From a bacterium (GTDB lineage: Bacteria; Patescibacteriota; Microgenomatia; Daviesbacterales; UBA10151), in the NCBI GenBank assembly GCA_021786105.1, contig JAJYNW010000005.1:52537-116536 (forward strand): 64,000 nt of DNA, written 5' to 3'. The notes beneath the pieces were generated by a model. It worked only from the letters and a program-made list of their open reading frames with translations. It was not told where the DNA came from and ran no database searches. This document shows positions 47,208 through 57,688 of the stretch, one piece after another. Each line of letters opens with the position of its first letter. Position 1 is the first letter of the stretch. The translations under genes and the position numbers were made by a program.

Positions 47208-48701
47208 ATGTCGTTTGTCTCTGTACAGTTTATAATATTTTTCTTCTTCGTTACGGCTCTTTATTTTGTCCTTCCCCATAAATTTAGGTGGTTTTTGTTG
47301 CTTATTTCCAGTGTGATTTTTTATATGGCCTTTATTCCTCAATATATCTTAATTCTTTTGGCACTTATAATTATCGACTATACCGCAGGAAGATTAATTG
47401 CTTCCTCCAAGGGACACAAAAGAAGGGTTTACCTGATAATAAGCATTCTTTCAACTTGTTTGACTCTTTTTGTCTTTAAATACTTCAACTTTTTTATTGA
47501 TAACTATGTTGATGTTGTACGTTTATTCCATGCGAAAAGTACAGTTAGACACTTGGATATTATTTTGCCCCTCGGATTATCCTTTCATACGTTTCAGAGT
47601 TTGGCTTATGTCATTGAAGTCTACAGAAAGAAACAGAAACCTGAGAAAAATTTTGGAATTTATGCGCTGTACGTTATGTTTTACCCGCAATTGGTTGCAG
47701 GGCCAATTGAACGTCCGCAAAACTTACTGCACCAATTTTATGAAAAACATCATTTTGAGTATGAGCGAATTGTTAGTGGCTTAAGATTAATGCTTTGGGG
47801 CGTTTTTATGAAGATTGTCATTGCTGATAGGTTAGCGATGATTGTCAATTATGTTTACAAAGACCCCACGAAATTTGAAGGGTTACCTTTGATCGTGGCA
47901 ACAATTGCTTTTGCCTTCCAAATTTTTTGCGATTTTGCCGGTTATTCCAATATTGCTATTGGAGCTGCAAGAGTTATGGGTTTTAACTTAATGAAGAACT
48001 TTAACAATCCTTATATTTCCAGAAGTGTTCAGGAATTTTGGACCAGGTGGCATATATCGCTTTGTACTTGGTTTAGGGATTACGTCTATATCCCTTTGGG
48101 AGGAAACAGGGTAGGTATCCCGCGATGGGCCATCAATATTATGATAGTTTTCCTTCTTAGCGGTTTATGGCATGGTGCGAATTGGACTTTTGTAATTTGG
48201 GGAGGTCTAAATGGTGTTTATATGATTATCCATCGTTTTTTGGGTAAATACTTTTATGCACTAGCTGATCTTTTTTTCCTGCCGAAACAACAGACATTGT
48301 TTAAAGTCGTGCAGACGGTCACTACTTTCTCTTTGGTCACTTTTTCATGGATCTTTTTTAGAGCACAAAATTTAAGTGATGCTTTGTATATATCCACGCA
48401 TCTTTTTAACCATCTAGGGAGAGATTTAGGTGGCTTAGTTAATATCAACGTGAACATGCTGCTGACAGGTATAGCTCAAAAAACAACTGTCTTGGGAATC
48501 CCTGCTTTCGATCTAATTATGGTGGTATTGGCCATAATCGGTATGGAAACAATCCTTATTAAACAAGAGTCTGTAGGACTGAAGAAGATTTTCTCCTCAA
48601 AACCGATATTTCTTAGGTGGGCCGCATATTACATTCTGATTTTCCTTATAGCCTATTACGTTACTACCCGCCAAGAACAATTTATCTACTTCCAGTTTTA
48701 A
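47208..48701 (+). CDS. MBOAT-family membrane O-acyltransferase (AlgI/DltB/PatA-like)
   Basis: FWTRWHISLCTWFRDYVYIPLGGNR and GLWHGANWTFVIWGGLNG (conserved MBOAT His) with about 10 TM helices. Confidence 0.85.
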   Translation: MSFVSVQFIIFFFFVTALYFVLPHKFRWFLLLISSVIFYMAFIPQYILILLALIIIDYTAGRLIASSKGHKRRVYLIISILSTCLTLFVFKYFNFFIDNYVDVVRLFHAKSTVRHLDIILPLGLSFHTFQSLAYVIEVYRKKQKPEKNFGIYALYVMFYPQLVAGPIERPQNLLHQFYEKHHFEYERIVSGLRLMLWGVFMKIVIADRLAMIVNYVYKDPTKFEGLPLIVATIAFAFQIFCDFAGYSNIAIGAARVMGFNLMKNFNNPYISRSVQEFWTRWHISLCTWFRDYVYIPLGGNRVGIPRWAINIMIVFLLSGLWHGANWTFVIWGGLNGVYMIIHRFLGKYFYALADLFFLPKQQTLFKVVQTVTTFSLVTFSWIFFRAQNLSDALYISTHLFNHLGRDLGGLVNINVNMLLTGIAQKTTVLGIPAFDLIMVVLAIIGMETILIKQESVGLKKIFSSKPIFLRWAAYYILIFLIAYYVTTRQEQFIYFQF

Positions 48702-48702
48702 C

Positions 48703-49941
48703 ATGAAGAAGGAGAAGTTGAATTCAGGAAGAGAAAGAGACAAGGATGTAAAAAGATTCCTGTTTAAACTGTCTATATTTCTTTTTCTACCTCTTGTCTG
48801 GATTATTGCTTCAGTGAACTCACTTCTTAATGAACCGATAGACATAAACCAAATCCGTTCTTGGGAATCGCTATCTGTTTTAGAAAAGAACGCTTTTTTA
48901 AAAGGTCCTTTTTACCCATATATGACCCTGCACAAAATTGAACAAGGAGATACGCCACATCCAAAGAGATTAGCGGTTGCTAAAGATGTTATATGGAAAA
49001 CTGATCGATATGGATACAGAAAGGAAGACAAGGGAATGGATAAATACGATGTTGTTATTATTGGCGACTCTCAGACGGCAGGCTCAACTTTAACTCAAAA
49101 CGATATGTTGACTGAGAAATTAGAAAAAGACTTAGGATTAACGACTTATCCCTACGCTCCTTCAAATATACTTTTTTATGCTCAAGATGAACGGTTTCAA
49201 AAGAATCCGCCTAAGATTGTAGTTTTAGCGTCAGCAGAAAAATTATTTATGAATATTCCGGATGTTGAAGGAGTAAAAAGTGCTTCTTTTATAGACCAAT
49301 ATTTGTCTCCTTTGGCTGCTAATAAGTGGGTTATAAATATGGCAGTGATTTTTGACCGGCTCAAGAAGAAATATTTCGTTGACTATTTTAGGGCGATGAT
49401 TTGGAGATTGCCGGAAGACATAAAACATTTGATGGCTATTTCACAAGGACAACAGGCTAAAGTAGCTAAAAGCGGAGATGTTAACCTAGGACCAGTAGTC
49501 GTTTCTCCGCAGGAGGTCAGAGAAGGGGAAACTAATAATATTAATTTAGCATTGGACGGGTCGATGGTTTTTTCATTGCAATCTGATGACGCTTATATCG
49601 AAGTTACAGATAGTGAGTTATATTGGCAAGTGCAAAAAATGCTTCATTATCAAAAGTATTTTAAATCTCAAGGTGTACGGTTTATTATTATGCCAATTCC
49701 CAACAAAGAAAATATTTACTGGGAGAAGGTTCCAAGAGGGAAACATCCCACTACAATTCCTCAGTTCATTGAAAAGGCTCGGGAAGTTGGGTTAGAAGTT
49801 GTTGACTTACAAACTCCGTTTGAAAAATTCCACCAAGAAAATCCTGAAGAGCTTCTATATAATATAGACGATACACACTGGAATGCCAGAGGGGCAGAGA
49901 TGGCTGCTTCAATTTTGGCGGAAGAAATTAAGAAAAAATGA
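48703..49941 (+). CDS. SGNH/DHHW-like extracytoplasmic O-acyltransferase partner (AlgJ/AlgX/PatB/DltD-like)
   Basis: N-terminal signal-anchor TM, VVIIGDSQTAGS (SGNH block I-like) and a C-terminal DDTHWNARGAEM (DHHW-type) motif. Placed immediately after the MBOAT gene with 1-nt spacing. Confidence 0.5.
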   Translation: MKKEKLNSGRERDKDVKRFLFKLSIFLFLPLVWIIASVNSLLNEPIDINQIRSWESLSVLEKNAFLKGPFYPYMTLHKIEQGDTPHPKRLAVAKDVIWKTDRYGYRKEDKGMDKYDVVIIGDSQTAGSTLTQNDMLTEKLEKDLGLTTYPYAPSNILFYAQDERFQKNPPKIVVLASAEKLFMNIPDVEGVKSASFIDQYLSPLAANKWVINMAVIFDRLKKKYFVDYFRAMIWRLPEDIKHLMAISQGQQAKVAKSGDVNLGPVVVSPQEVREGETNNINLALDGSMVFSLQSDDAYIEVTDSELYWQVQKMLHYQKYFKSQGVRFIIMPIPNKENIYWEKVPRGKHPTTIPQFIEKAREVGLEVVDLQTPFEKFHQENPEELLYNIDDTHWNARGAEMAASILAEEIKKK

Positions 49942-51053
49942 ATATATTAGTATTTTCATGGCGAGATCCAAAACACCCTTTGGCGGGCGGTGCTGAACAA
50001 GTTATGCACGAACATATGAAGGGGTGGATCTCCTCCGGCCATATGGTTACCCTTTTTGCATCATATACCCCGGGATTAAAAACAGAAGAGAAAATTGACG
50101 GAGTCCGGATCATTCGGATGGGGTATCAATACTGGGGAGTCCAATTGGCTGGCTTTTTATATTATTTAAAACATAAAGAGGAGTTTGATTTTATTGTTGA
50201 CCAATTCCATGGTTTGCCATTTTTTACTCCTTTATATGTCCGAAAGCCAAAATTGGCAGTAATTCAGGAGACTGCAAGAAAAGTTTGGTTTTTAAATCCC
50301 TTACCGCGACCCATAAACTGGTTAATAGGAATAATAGGTTACTTGGGAGAACCGTTCATCTTTCTAATTTATAGAAATATGCCATTCATGACAGGCTCGG
50401 ATTCAGCTAAAAAAGATGTGGAGAAAATGGGAATTTCGTCTAATCATATTGCTGTAGTCCCGCATGGAGTTATTGTTAAAAATCCACCCACATCCATTAA
50501 GAAAGAACCAAAACCTACAATTATTTTTTTGGGAGTTTTATCAAGGGATAAAGGAATTGAGGATGCATTAAAGTGTTTCAAACTTCTTTCTCAAGGAAGA
50601 GACTTCAATTTTTGGGTAGTTGGTAAACCGGAAACCGAAGAATATGGGAAAAAGATTGAAAAAATCACAAGCGCACTAGGGATGATGGGGAAAGTAAAGT
50701 TTTGGGGGTTTGTTTCACAGGAGAAGAAATTTGAACTTCTAAAAAGATCTCATATATTGGTAAATCCTTCTGTTAGAGAAGGATGGGGTTTGGTGAACAT
50801 TGAAGCCAATAGCATGGGAACCCCAGTTGTAGCCTATGTATCTGCAGGTCTTACGGATTCTGTAAAGAACGGTTTAAACGGGGTACTTTGCAGTAAAAAT
50901 ACTCCTGAGAATCTAACAGAAGATATTTTAAGAATCATAAGTAATGATAGCGAACTAAAAAAACTGCAAGAAGGGGCAGTTAAATGGAGCCGCAAATTTT
51001 CCTGGGATAACTCTGTGGAACAAAGTTTGCTGTTGATTGAAGGAAGAAGATGA
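49938..51053 (+). CDS. GT4 (GT-B fold) glycosyltransferase
   Basis: VNPSVREGWGLVNIEANSMGTPVVAY ... NGLNGVL motif. Confidence 0.75.
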   Translation: MNILVFSWRDPKHPLAGGAEQVMHEHMKGWISSGHMVTLFASYTPGLKTEEKIDGVRIIRMGYQYWGVQLAGFLYYLKHKEEFDFIVDQFHGLPFFTPLYVRKPKLAVIQETARKVWFLNPLPRPINWLIGIIGYLGEPFIFLIYRNMPFMTGSDSAKKDVEKMGISSNHIAVVPHGVIVKNPPTSIKKEPKPTIIFLGVLSRDKGIEDALKCFKLLSQGRDFNFWVVGKPETEEYGKKIEKITSALGMMGKVKFWGFVSQEKKFELLKRSHILVNPSVREGWGLVNIEANSMGTPVVAYVSAGLTDSVKNGLNGVLCSKNTPENLTEDILRIISNDSELKKLQEGAVKWSRKFSWDNSVEQSLLLIEGRR

Positions 51054-51997
51054 AAATTATAAGGAAAATCATTCCGTTTATTGTTGTAGGAGCCATATTT
51101 ACTTTTCTCTTTGAGAATATATTGAGGCAGTGGCATAGTATTACAAGTATCTCCTGGAATCTAAATCCCGGGAATTTAGCTCTTTTTATAATTTTTCTTT
51201 TACCTATTTATGCTATTGATGCACTTTCATGGCATTTGATAACCCGTGCTTTGGGAGCAAGAATTGACTATCTTAGTAATTTTAAATTATGGACTTTTTC
51301 AAACGCGGGAAGATTTTTACCAGGGTCTATTTGGCAATATGCAGGTAGGGTTTATTTGGCGCACCAAAAAGGGATGAGCAAGCCAAAGGCAACAACAGCT
51401 GTGGTTCTCGAAGCGTTGTTTGTGCTTTTACTTGGTTCAGTAATTATTTTGGCTACACTGACATTCTGGCAGTTACCAATTAGTATTATCCAAAACCGGA
51501 GAATGTTTACCTTAATTACTGCTGTCGGAGCGACGCTACTTTTATTATTAGTAATCCTACTTAGTAACAAGCTTATCGCAGGATATCTAATAGGTTTGGT
51601 GAAAAAGCTTACTAAAAAAGATGGTGCTATAGAAGAGACTAAAATTCCGATCTCTCAACTTCCACTAATTGCAGGAAGCTTTTTTCTGCAATTTTTGTTT
51701 GGAGGTTTAGTACTTTTCTTTCTTTCAAGGAGTGTTGTAGATCTATCTTCAAGTCTTATACCGGTGTTTATCGGAATATATGCTGCTTCTTGGCTTTTGG
51801 GATATATCACTCTTGTGGCACCATCGGGATTAGGTGTTCAGGAAGTTACACTAGCGACGTTACTCTCGTCGTATATGCCGTTTCCTGTAGCTGTGGTAAT
51901 TGCTATTTTACTTCGTATCTCTTTTCTTTCATCCGAAACATTAGCTTTGGTATTTAATTTATTAAGAAAGGCACAACTAGGTATAATAGATAAATGA
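51050..51997 (+). CDS. LPG_synthase_TM / flippase-like (UPF0104) membrane protein
   Basis: About 8 TM helices, with motifs LSWHLITRALGARI and FSNAGRFLPGSIWQYAGRVYL typical of the MprF-flippase-like domain often coupled to GT2 genes. Confidence 0.5.
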   Translation: MKIIRKIIPFIVVGAIFTFLFENILRQWHSITSISWNLNPGNLALFIIFLLPIYAIDALSWHLITRALGARIDYLSNFKLWTFSNAGRFLPGSIWQYAGRVYLAHQKGMSKPKATTAVVLEALFVLLLGSVIILATLTFWQLPISIIQNRRMFTLITAVGATLLLLLVILLSNKLIAGYLIGLVKKLTKKDGAIEETKIPISQLPLIAGSFFLQFLFGGLVLFFLSRSVVDLSSSLIPVFIGIYAASWLLGYITLVAPSGLGVQEVTLATLLSSYMPFPVAVVIAILLRISFLSSETLALVFNLLRKAQLGIIDK

Positions 51998-52761
51998 AAA
52001 GAAATGATTACCAACTTGAATATGCCTCAGGCGTGCCTGAGATGTACAACAAAAAATCCCGTGAACAAAAGGCCAGAAGAATGGTGAAGATTTTAGAGTC
52101 TTACTGGGGGAAAGAAAAGATGTCCCGGTTAACTTTATTAGATTTGGGATCCTCGACAGGTTTTATAGATAATATTTTAGCTTCCCATTTTAAGAGTGTC
52201 GTTGGGATTGATATTGATAAAGGAGCGGTAAAATTTGCTAAGGAGAATTTTAGAAGAAAGAACTTATCTTTTACTGAAGGAAATGCAATGAATCTTAATT
52301 TTCAGGATAGCACTTTTGATGTGGTAATTTGTTCTCATATTTACGAACATGTTCCGAGTTCTGCCAAACTTCTCTCGGAGATTCACCGGGTACTCAAGCC
52401 CGGAGGAACTTGTTTTCTGGCAGCGGTCAATAAATTGTGGCCACTGGAACCTCACTATAAATTATTCTTCTTGTCATGGATGCCTAAGAAATTGGCTAAT
52501 ATCTATATAAAGATTACCGGAAAAGGGAATTATTACTATGAAAACTTAAGATCTTACTGGGGATTAAAGGTGCTTACTAAGGATTTTTATATCGTTGAGT
52601 ACACGGACAAAATACTTCGTAGTCCTAGAATTTTCGGTTATGACGATGCTCTAAAATCAGGGAGTTGGCAGGAAAAATTTGCTTTTCTCCTATCTCCCTT
52701 GAGTAAGATTTTGTCACCCACATTTTTTTGGTTGTTAGTAAAAGAAGGAGAAATGAACTAG
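51994..52761 (+). CDS. class I SAM-dependent methyltransferase
   Basis: LLDLGSSTGF (motif I), VVGIDIDKGAVKFA and VLKPGGTCFLA (post-II). Confidence 0.7.
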   Translation: MKRNDYQLEYASGVPEMYNKKSREQKARRMVKILESYWGKEKMSRLTLLDLGSSTGFIDNILASHFKSVVGIDIDKGAVKFAKENFRRKNLSFTEGNAMNLNFQDSTFDVVICSHIYEHVPSSAKLLSEIHRVLKPGGTCFLAAVNKLWPLEPHYKLFFLSWMPKKLANIYIKITGKGNYYYENLRSYWGLKVLTKDFYIVEYTDKILRSPRIFGYDDALKSGSWQEKFAFLLSPLSKILSPTFFWLLVKEGEMN

Positions 52762-52765
52762 GGTT

Positions 52766-53749
52766 ATGAAAGCGTTTGTTACAGGAGCGACAGGTTTCAT
52801 CGGACAGAATTTAGTTAAACGTTTAATTGCTGATAGCTGGGAAGTGAGTGTCTTGATTAGGTCAAAAGGAAAGATGGGAGATTTGGATGGCAAAAAGGTA
52901 AATATTGTTTCCGGTGATTTAACTGATCTAAGTAAAGTAAAGAACGCCCTTAAAAAGAATGATGTGGTTTTTAATCTAGCAGCGGTATTAATGCACCATA
53001 AATTACCTGAAAAGAAATACTGGGAGACCAATGTTACGGGTTTAGAAAATTTATTGAAAATTTATCAAAACTCCAATATAAAGCGATTTGTCCATGTTTC
53101 TACAGTTGGTATATATGGACCTACAGGAGGAAAGATGCTTGACGAGTCATCTCCTATTCATCCCTCAGATATTTATTCAAGGACAAAAGCTACTGCAGAA
53201 AATTTATTATTCAGGTATTATAAAAAGACAGGTTTCCCGATGACTATTGTAAGGCCGACGATTGCTTTTGGTCCGGGTGATTTGCGCCCAGGTTTTTCAA
53301 ATCTTTTTCCACTGGTAAAAAAGAAACTTTTTATTCCGATAGGAGATGGGAAGAATTTTTTTCATACAGTATATGTAGAGAATTTAGTTCAAGGTTTAAT
53401 ACTTGCGGCGACTCATAAAAATGCTATAGGTGAAGATTTTATTATCGGAGACGATCCTTGCCCAACTATGGAAAAGCTAATAAGGACAATCGCTGAAGTT
53501 GAAGGAGTTACTTTATTCCCGCTCTCTTTGCCTCAGGATTTAGCTTTGCTAATAGGGAAAGCGTTTGATTTAGGAGATAAATTTAATATTCCTCAAGTAT
53601 TGAACTCAAAGAGAGTTAAATTTATTACCGAGAATAGAAAATACGATATTTCAAAGGCGAAAAAATTAATCGGGTACCACCCCTTTTTTGATCTAAAAAC
53701 TGGGATTCAAAAAACTTTTGATTGGTACCAAGAGAAGGGACTAATATGA
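52766..53749 (+). CDS. NAD-dependent sugar epimerase/dehydratase (extended SDR)
   Basis: MKAFVTGATGFIGQNLVKRL Rossmann motif; YSRTKATAE (YxxxK catalytic dyad). Confidence 0.8.
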   Translation: MKAFVTGATGFIGQNLVKRLIADSWEVSVLIRSKGKMGDLDGKKVNIVSGDLTDLSKVKNALKKNDVVFNLAAVLMHHKLPEKKYWETNVTGLENLLKIYQNSNIKRFVHVSTVGIYGPTGGKMLDESSPIHPSDIYSRTKATAENLLFRYYKKTGFPMTIVRPTIAFGPGDLRPGFSNLFPLVKKKLFIPIGDGKNFFHTVYVENLVQGLILAATHKNAIGEDFIIGDDPCPTMEKLIRTIAEVEGVTLFPLSLPQDLALLIGKAFDLGDKFNIPQVLNSKRVKFITENRKYDISKAKKLIGYHPFFDLKTGIQKTFDWYQEKGLI

Positions 53750-54999
53750 AAATCTGTGTTTTAACCCATACATTTCCCCGTAATGATAAGGATGTATCAG
53801 CGGCGTTCATGAAAGAATTTGCCGATGGTTTAGCTCAAAATGGCAATCAGGTAACAGTAATTACACCTTATGATCCCAAATTTTCCAGGAAAAATGATCC
53901 ATTTAAGGTAATTACCTATAAATATATTTGGCCGGATAGCCTACATCTATTAGGTTATTCACAGACAATGGAGGAGGATGTCAAACTTCGCAAGAGGGCA
54001 TATATGTTGTTACCGTTCATGTTACTTTTCTCGTTGATAACTTTAGTTAAGGTTATTAAGAAAGAGAGAATAGAACTTATCTCTGTCCACTGGATTTTAC
54101 CTAACGGATTAGTGGCTTTTATCGCTTCGCTAATTACAAAAGTACCGTATGTCGTAACTTTACCAGGAACAGATGTTTATCTGGCGAGTCGAATTAAGCC
54201 GTTTGGTTGGGTAGCGAAAATTATTGCTTTAAATGGGGCAGGAATTACATCAAACAGTTCGTATTTATTAAAAAGGTTGCTAAATTTAGGAATTTCTAAT
54301 AAGCCAACTCTAATTATTAGTTACCCAGCTGATGTGTCGAGATTTAAACCTTTGGAGGCTAATAAAAATCAATACAGAGAAAAATTTGGATTAGAAGTCA
54401 ATAATTTTGTTATTTTAGCGATTGGACGTTTAGTTTATAAAAAAGGTTTTGAATATCTTATAAAATCACTACCTGATGTTTTAAGAAAGCATACTAATGT
54501 ACGTCTTTTAATTGGTGGCGATGGGGATTTGAAGCCGGAATTACAGAAAACAGTTGAAAAAATGGGTTTGCAAGACAAAGTTATTTTTGCAGGGACGATT
54601 TCTCGGGATGAAATTTTAAACGTCTATAATTTGGCTGATGTGCTAGTGGCTCCTTCGGTAATAGATAAAAAGGGGAATGTTGATGGGGGACCGGTTGTGT
54701 GTTTAGAATCTATGGCTTGTGGGAAGCCGCAAATAGTTACTAATATTTTAGGGATGGCCGATGTGGTGGAGGATGGTGTAAATGGCTTTATTGTTCCAGA
54801 GAAAGACCCTCAAGCTTTAAGTGCAGCAATCGAAAAACTTGTTGTGTCTCCAAAACTTAGGAAAGAGATGGGAATAAAAAATCGGCAGCTAGTTACAGAG
54901 AGACTCGGAACTCAGTCTGTGGGGAAAATATATACTGATTTTTTCAACGATGTTTTAAAGAATCGAGGTGTAAAACAGAAAAAGCTTTCATATGCATAA
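53746..54999 (+). CDS. GT4 (GT-B fold) glycosyltransferase
   Basis: Start refined to ATG 53746 (MKICVLTHTFP; ATGA overlap with upstream). C-terminal region matches the GT4 pattern (APSVIDKKGNVDGGPVVCLESMACGKPQIVT). Confidence 0.75.
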   Translation: MKICVLTHTFPRNDKDVSAAFMKEFADGLAQNGNQVTVITPYDPKFSRKNDPFKVITYKYIWPDSLHLLGYSQTMEEDVKLRKRAYMLLPFMLLFSLITLVKVIKKERIELISVHWILPNGLVAFIASLITKVPYVVTLPGTDVYLASRIKPFGWVAKIIALNGAGITSNSSYLLKRLLNLGISNKPTLIISYPADVSRFKPLEANKNQYREKFGLEVNNFVILAIGRLVYKKGFEYLIKSLPDVLRKHTNVRLLIGGDGDLKPELQKTVEKMGLQDKVIFAGTISRDEILNVYNLADVLVAPSVIDKKGNVDGGPVVCLESMACGKPQIVTNILGMADVVEDGVNGFIVPEKDPQALSAAIEKLVVSPKLRKEMGIKNRQLVTERLGTQSVGKIYTDFFNDVLKNRGVKQKKLSYA

Positions 55000-57085
55000 G
55001 TTAAAACTTATTTCAGATTGGAAAATTGCCGTTGTGCTCAGTTTATTGTTTTTTGTGGTAGCTGTGATCACACTTCCTGATTATGGTATCAACTGGGACA
55101 CCATTAACCACTTACCTAGGGGGCAGGCCTACCTACATTATTTTTTGACAGGAAATAAAGACTATAACGACCTGCCTGAATGGAGTATATATTGGCAGAA
55201 CCCTCAATCGCTTTCGATAAATGCAAATTTACCCAGTGATGAAGTAAAAGGGCGTAGTTTTTATGAGAGTGTTGGTATGCCGTTTACTTGGATGATACAA
55301 CATGAGGGAGGAAGTAGTGGAGGCGGTCATCCTCCTTTAAGTGACATACTCTCCTCAGTATTTAATGTTGTCTTATTTCAAAATCTGGGAATAATAAATG
55401 ATATTGATTCGTATAGAGTTTATAGCATACTCCTTGCATCTTTATTGGTAGGTTTGATTTATAAGTGGGTTGCGTCAAAATATGGAAAGTTACCTGCATT
55501 AATATCTGCCCTATCTTTAGCGTTATATCCTCTTTTTTGGGCAGAATCTCATTTTAATAATGAAAAGGATATACCGGAAACCGTTTTTATATCATTTATG
55601 ATTTTCTTTTTCTGGCAGGGAATCGTTCAGGAGAAATGGAAGAAGGTTTTAATTTCTGGTTTATTTTTCGGTTTGGCTCTGGGTACGAAATTTAATGTCT
55701 TATTTGTCCCATTTATTATTTTGCCCTGGCTTACAATATATTGGTGGGGTAAAAAACAAGAATGGGAAAAAGGGTTTGGGAGATGGTTTCTTTCTAAACG
55801 TAGTCTATTTTTTTCTTCCGTTGCAGCACTTGCAATTGGCTCTGCTATATTTATTTTTTCTTGGCCTTATCTTTGGACGAATACAATCTCCCGGGTTGCC
55901 AAGGTGGTTGGGTTTTATAAAGAGATAGGCCTTACTGCTAATATCAATCAGAACTACGTTGGCCCATTTAAAATTAATACCTATCCCATTCAGTGGATTG
56001 CTTATACCACTCCGCCCATAATTTTAATTTTAACTTTAATTGGGATTATCTCTATCCCAAAGTTAATAAGAAAAGATAATGAAAAGCTTTCTTTATTAAT
56101 TTTGTTGTGGTTGGCAATCCCGATTTTGCGGGTTACAGCTCCCGGTACAACAATTTATGGTGGTATCCGCCAGATTATGGAGTATATTCCTCCGTTGGCA
56201 ATTCTTTCAGGTATTGGAACTGCAACTATACTTGGGCTTTTGAAGAAAAGGCTTTACCGGTTTATTGCTATTGGATTAATTGTTCTGGGATTTTCATTTA
56301 ACATTTATCGTCTGATATCTATTCACCCGAATGAAAATGTGTATTTTAATTTTTTAATTGGAGGTTTGAAGGGCGCCAAAGAGAGAAATATTCCTTCCTG
56401 GGGGAATACTTTTGGGGCAGCTTATAGAGAGGGAATTATCTGGATAAATAAAAATGCTGAGCCAGGTAGTTCGGTAGTAATGGCGCACGGTTTAATGCCA
56501 AACATACCCAAGATTTGGTTAAGGTCCGACCTGAACTTTACCAATAGTTTACGGAGTGGATATTTACGTCAGGGAGAGTATGCTATCTCTTTAACTTCCG
56601 AAGGAACAGATGATTCGTCGTACTATGACACTTACCTGTCTAAATTCATGAAACCAGTTTATGAGGTAAAAGTAGATGGTGTAGATATTTTGGAAGTTTG
56701 GAAAAATGATAATACTCATCTGATTTCCCCTTGGAATGAAGAAAATTTGTCGGGGGTAAAAATGACCAGAGATAATAATGGACTGACATTTGATTTGGGT
56801 CAGGTTGAGAGGGTATCGAGATTAGAAATTGATTATCAGGAAAGTAGTTGTCAGCCTTTAAGTTCCGGGTATGTGAGATATTCAGTTAACGGTAAAGATT
56901 GGGGAGAAAATGAAGGGAAGCTTCCTCAAAGTTGGAGAATAGCAACATTGGGTCAGCAACCAAAGGATGGAAAATTTTTAGAACCTTTTGTTGGTCAAGA
57001 AATTCGGTATATAAAGCTAGGCCTATCACCGCAAGATGCTTGTTTAAACAATGTAGTAGACTATAAAGTGTTTGCATTTAAGTAA
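54992..57085 (+). CDS. GT-C-fold membrane glycosyltransferase (ArnT-like) with C-terminal discoidin (F5/8 type C)-like domain
   Basis: TM1 then a DYGINWDTINHLPRGQAY loop and a multi-TM core. The last ~130 aa (LTFDLGQVERVSRLEIDY ... YSVNGKDWGE ... IRYIKLGL) follow the discoidin-domain pattern. Confidence 0.55.
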   Translation: MHKLKLISDWKIAVVLSLLFFVVAVITLPDYGINWDTINHLPRGQAYLHYFLTGNKDYNDLPEWSIYWQNPQSLSINANLPSDEVKGRSFYESVGMPFTWMIQHEGGSSGGGHPPLSDILSSVFNVVLFQNLGIINDIDSYRVYSILLASLLVGLIYKWVASKYGKLPALISALSLALYPLFWAESHFNNEKDIPETVFISFMIFFFWQGIVQEKWKKVLISGLFFGLALGTKFNVLFVPFIILPWLTIYWWGKKQEWEKGFGRWFLSKRSLFFSSVAALAIGSAIFIFSWPYLWTNTISRVAKVVGFYKEIGLTANINQNYVGPFKINTYPIQWIAYTTPPIILILTLIGIISIPKLIRKDNEKLSLLILLWLAIPILRVTAPGTTIYGGIRQIMEYIPPLAILSGIGTATILGLLKKRLYRFIAIGLIVLGFSFNIYRLISIHPNENVYFNFLIGGLKGAKERNIPSWGNTFGAAYREGIIWINKNAEPGSSVVMAHGLMPNIPKIWLRSDLNFTNSLRSGYLRQGEYAISLTSEGTDDSSYYDTYLSKFMKPVYEVKVDGVDILEVWKNDNTHLISPWNEENLSGVKMTRDNNGLTFDLGQVERVSRLEIDYQESSCQPLSSGYVRYSVNGKDWGENEGKLPQSWRIATLGQQPKDGKFLEPFVGQEIRYIKLGLSPQDACLNNVVDYKVFAFK

Positions 57086-57088
57086 TAT

Positions 57089-57688
57089 ATGAAATTTATA
57101 TCTTTTATTTGGCTAAAAGCTGCCTTTATTTTTAACCCAGTCCAGATGTTTTTTAACGGAAACTTTTGGGAGGTTTTTGCAAAAAAGTTTGGAAGCTACA
57201 CACAAAAAACTGTAGTGGATTTGGCTTGTGGCACAGGAGAGTTAAGAAAAAGTATAAAACCTAAAAAATATCTCGGAATAGATATTAATGCTGCCTATAT
57301 TGATTATGCCAGAAAGAACATCAAGAGTGAGAATACAAAATTTATTCTTGGAAATGCTTTAGAATTCTCCCTTCCGGAAAAGTTTGATATTGCCTTTTTA
57401 ATTGCAGCTGCTCATCATTTATCAGATCAACAGCTGCTAACCTTATTTTCAACAATTGAGAAGAACAAGATTAAAAATTTTATCCTTATAGATGACATTC
57501 CCCAAGGTTTTCTATCGAACATATTAATGTGGTTGGATGATGTTTTAGGAGGTGGAAAATATTTCCGACAGTTGGATGAGTTGGCGGATTTGGTGGGACG
57601 TAAATTTAAGATCGAAGATCAAGGGACTTTTTCGGCGCGGGGCTCTTTCTACAAGTACCGTTATATTGTTTCTTCCTCAAAAGCGTAG
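57089..57688 (+). CDS. class I SAM-dependent methyltransferase
   Basis: VVDLACGTGEL (motif I), YLGIDINAAYIDYARKN and FDIAFLIAAAHHL. Confidence 0.65.
   Translation: MKFISFIWLKAAFIFNPVQMFFNGNFWEVFAKKFGSYTQKTVVDLACGTGELRKSIKPKKYLGIDINAAYIDYARKNIKSENTKFILGNALEFSLPEKFDIAFLIAAAHHLSDQQLLTLFSTIEKNKIKNFILIDDIPQGFLSNILMWLDDVLGGGKYFRQLDELADLVGRKFKIEDQGTFSARGSFYKYRYIVSSSKA

Noticed and set aside
57606-57688. Mis-called gene producing the 83-nt convergent overlap
   Set aside because: Both ORFs carry full family motifs up to their ends (methyltransferase post-II region; DPM1-like GT2 core). Stops cannot be moved, so the overlap is taken as real and reported as a finding instead.
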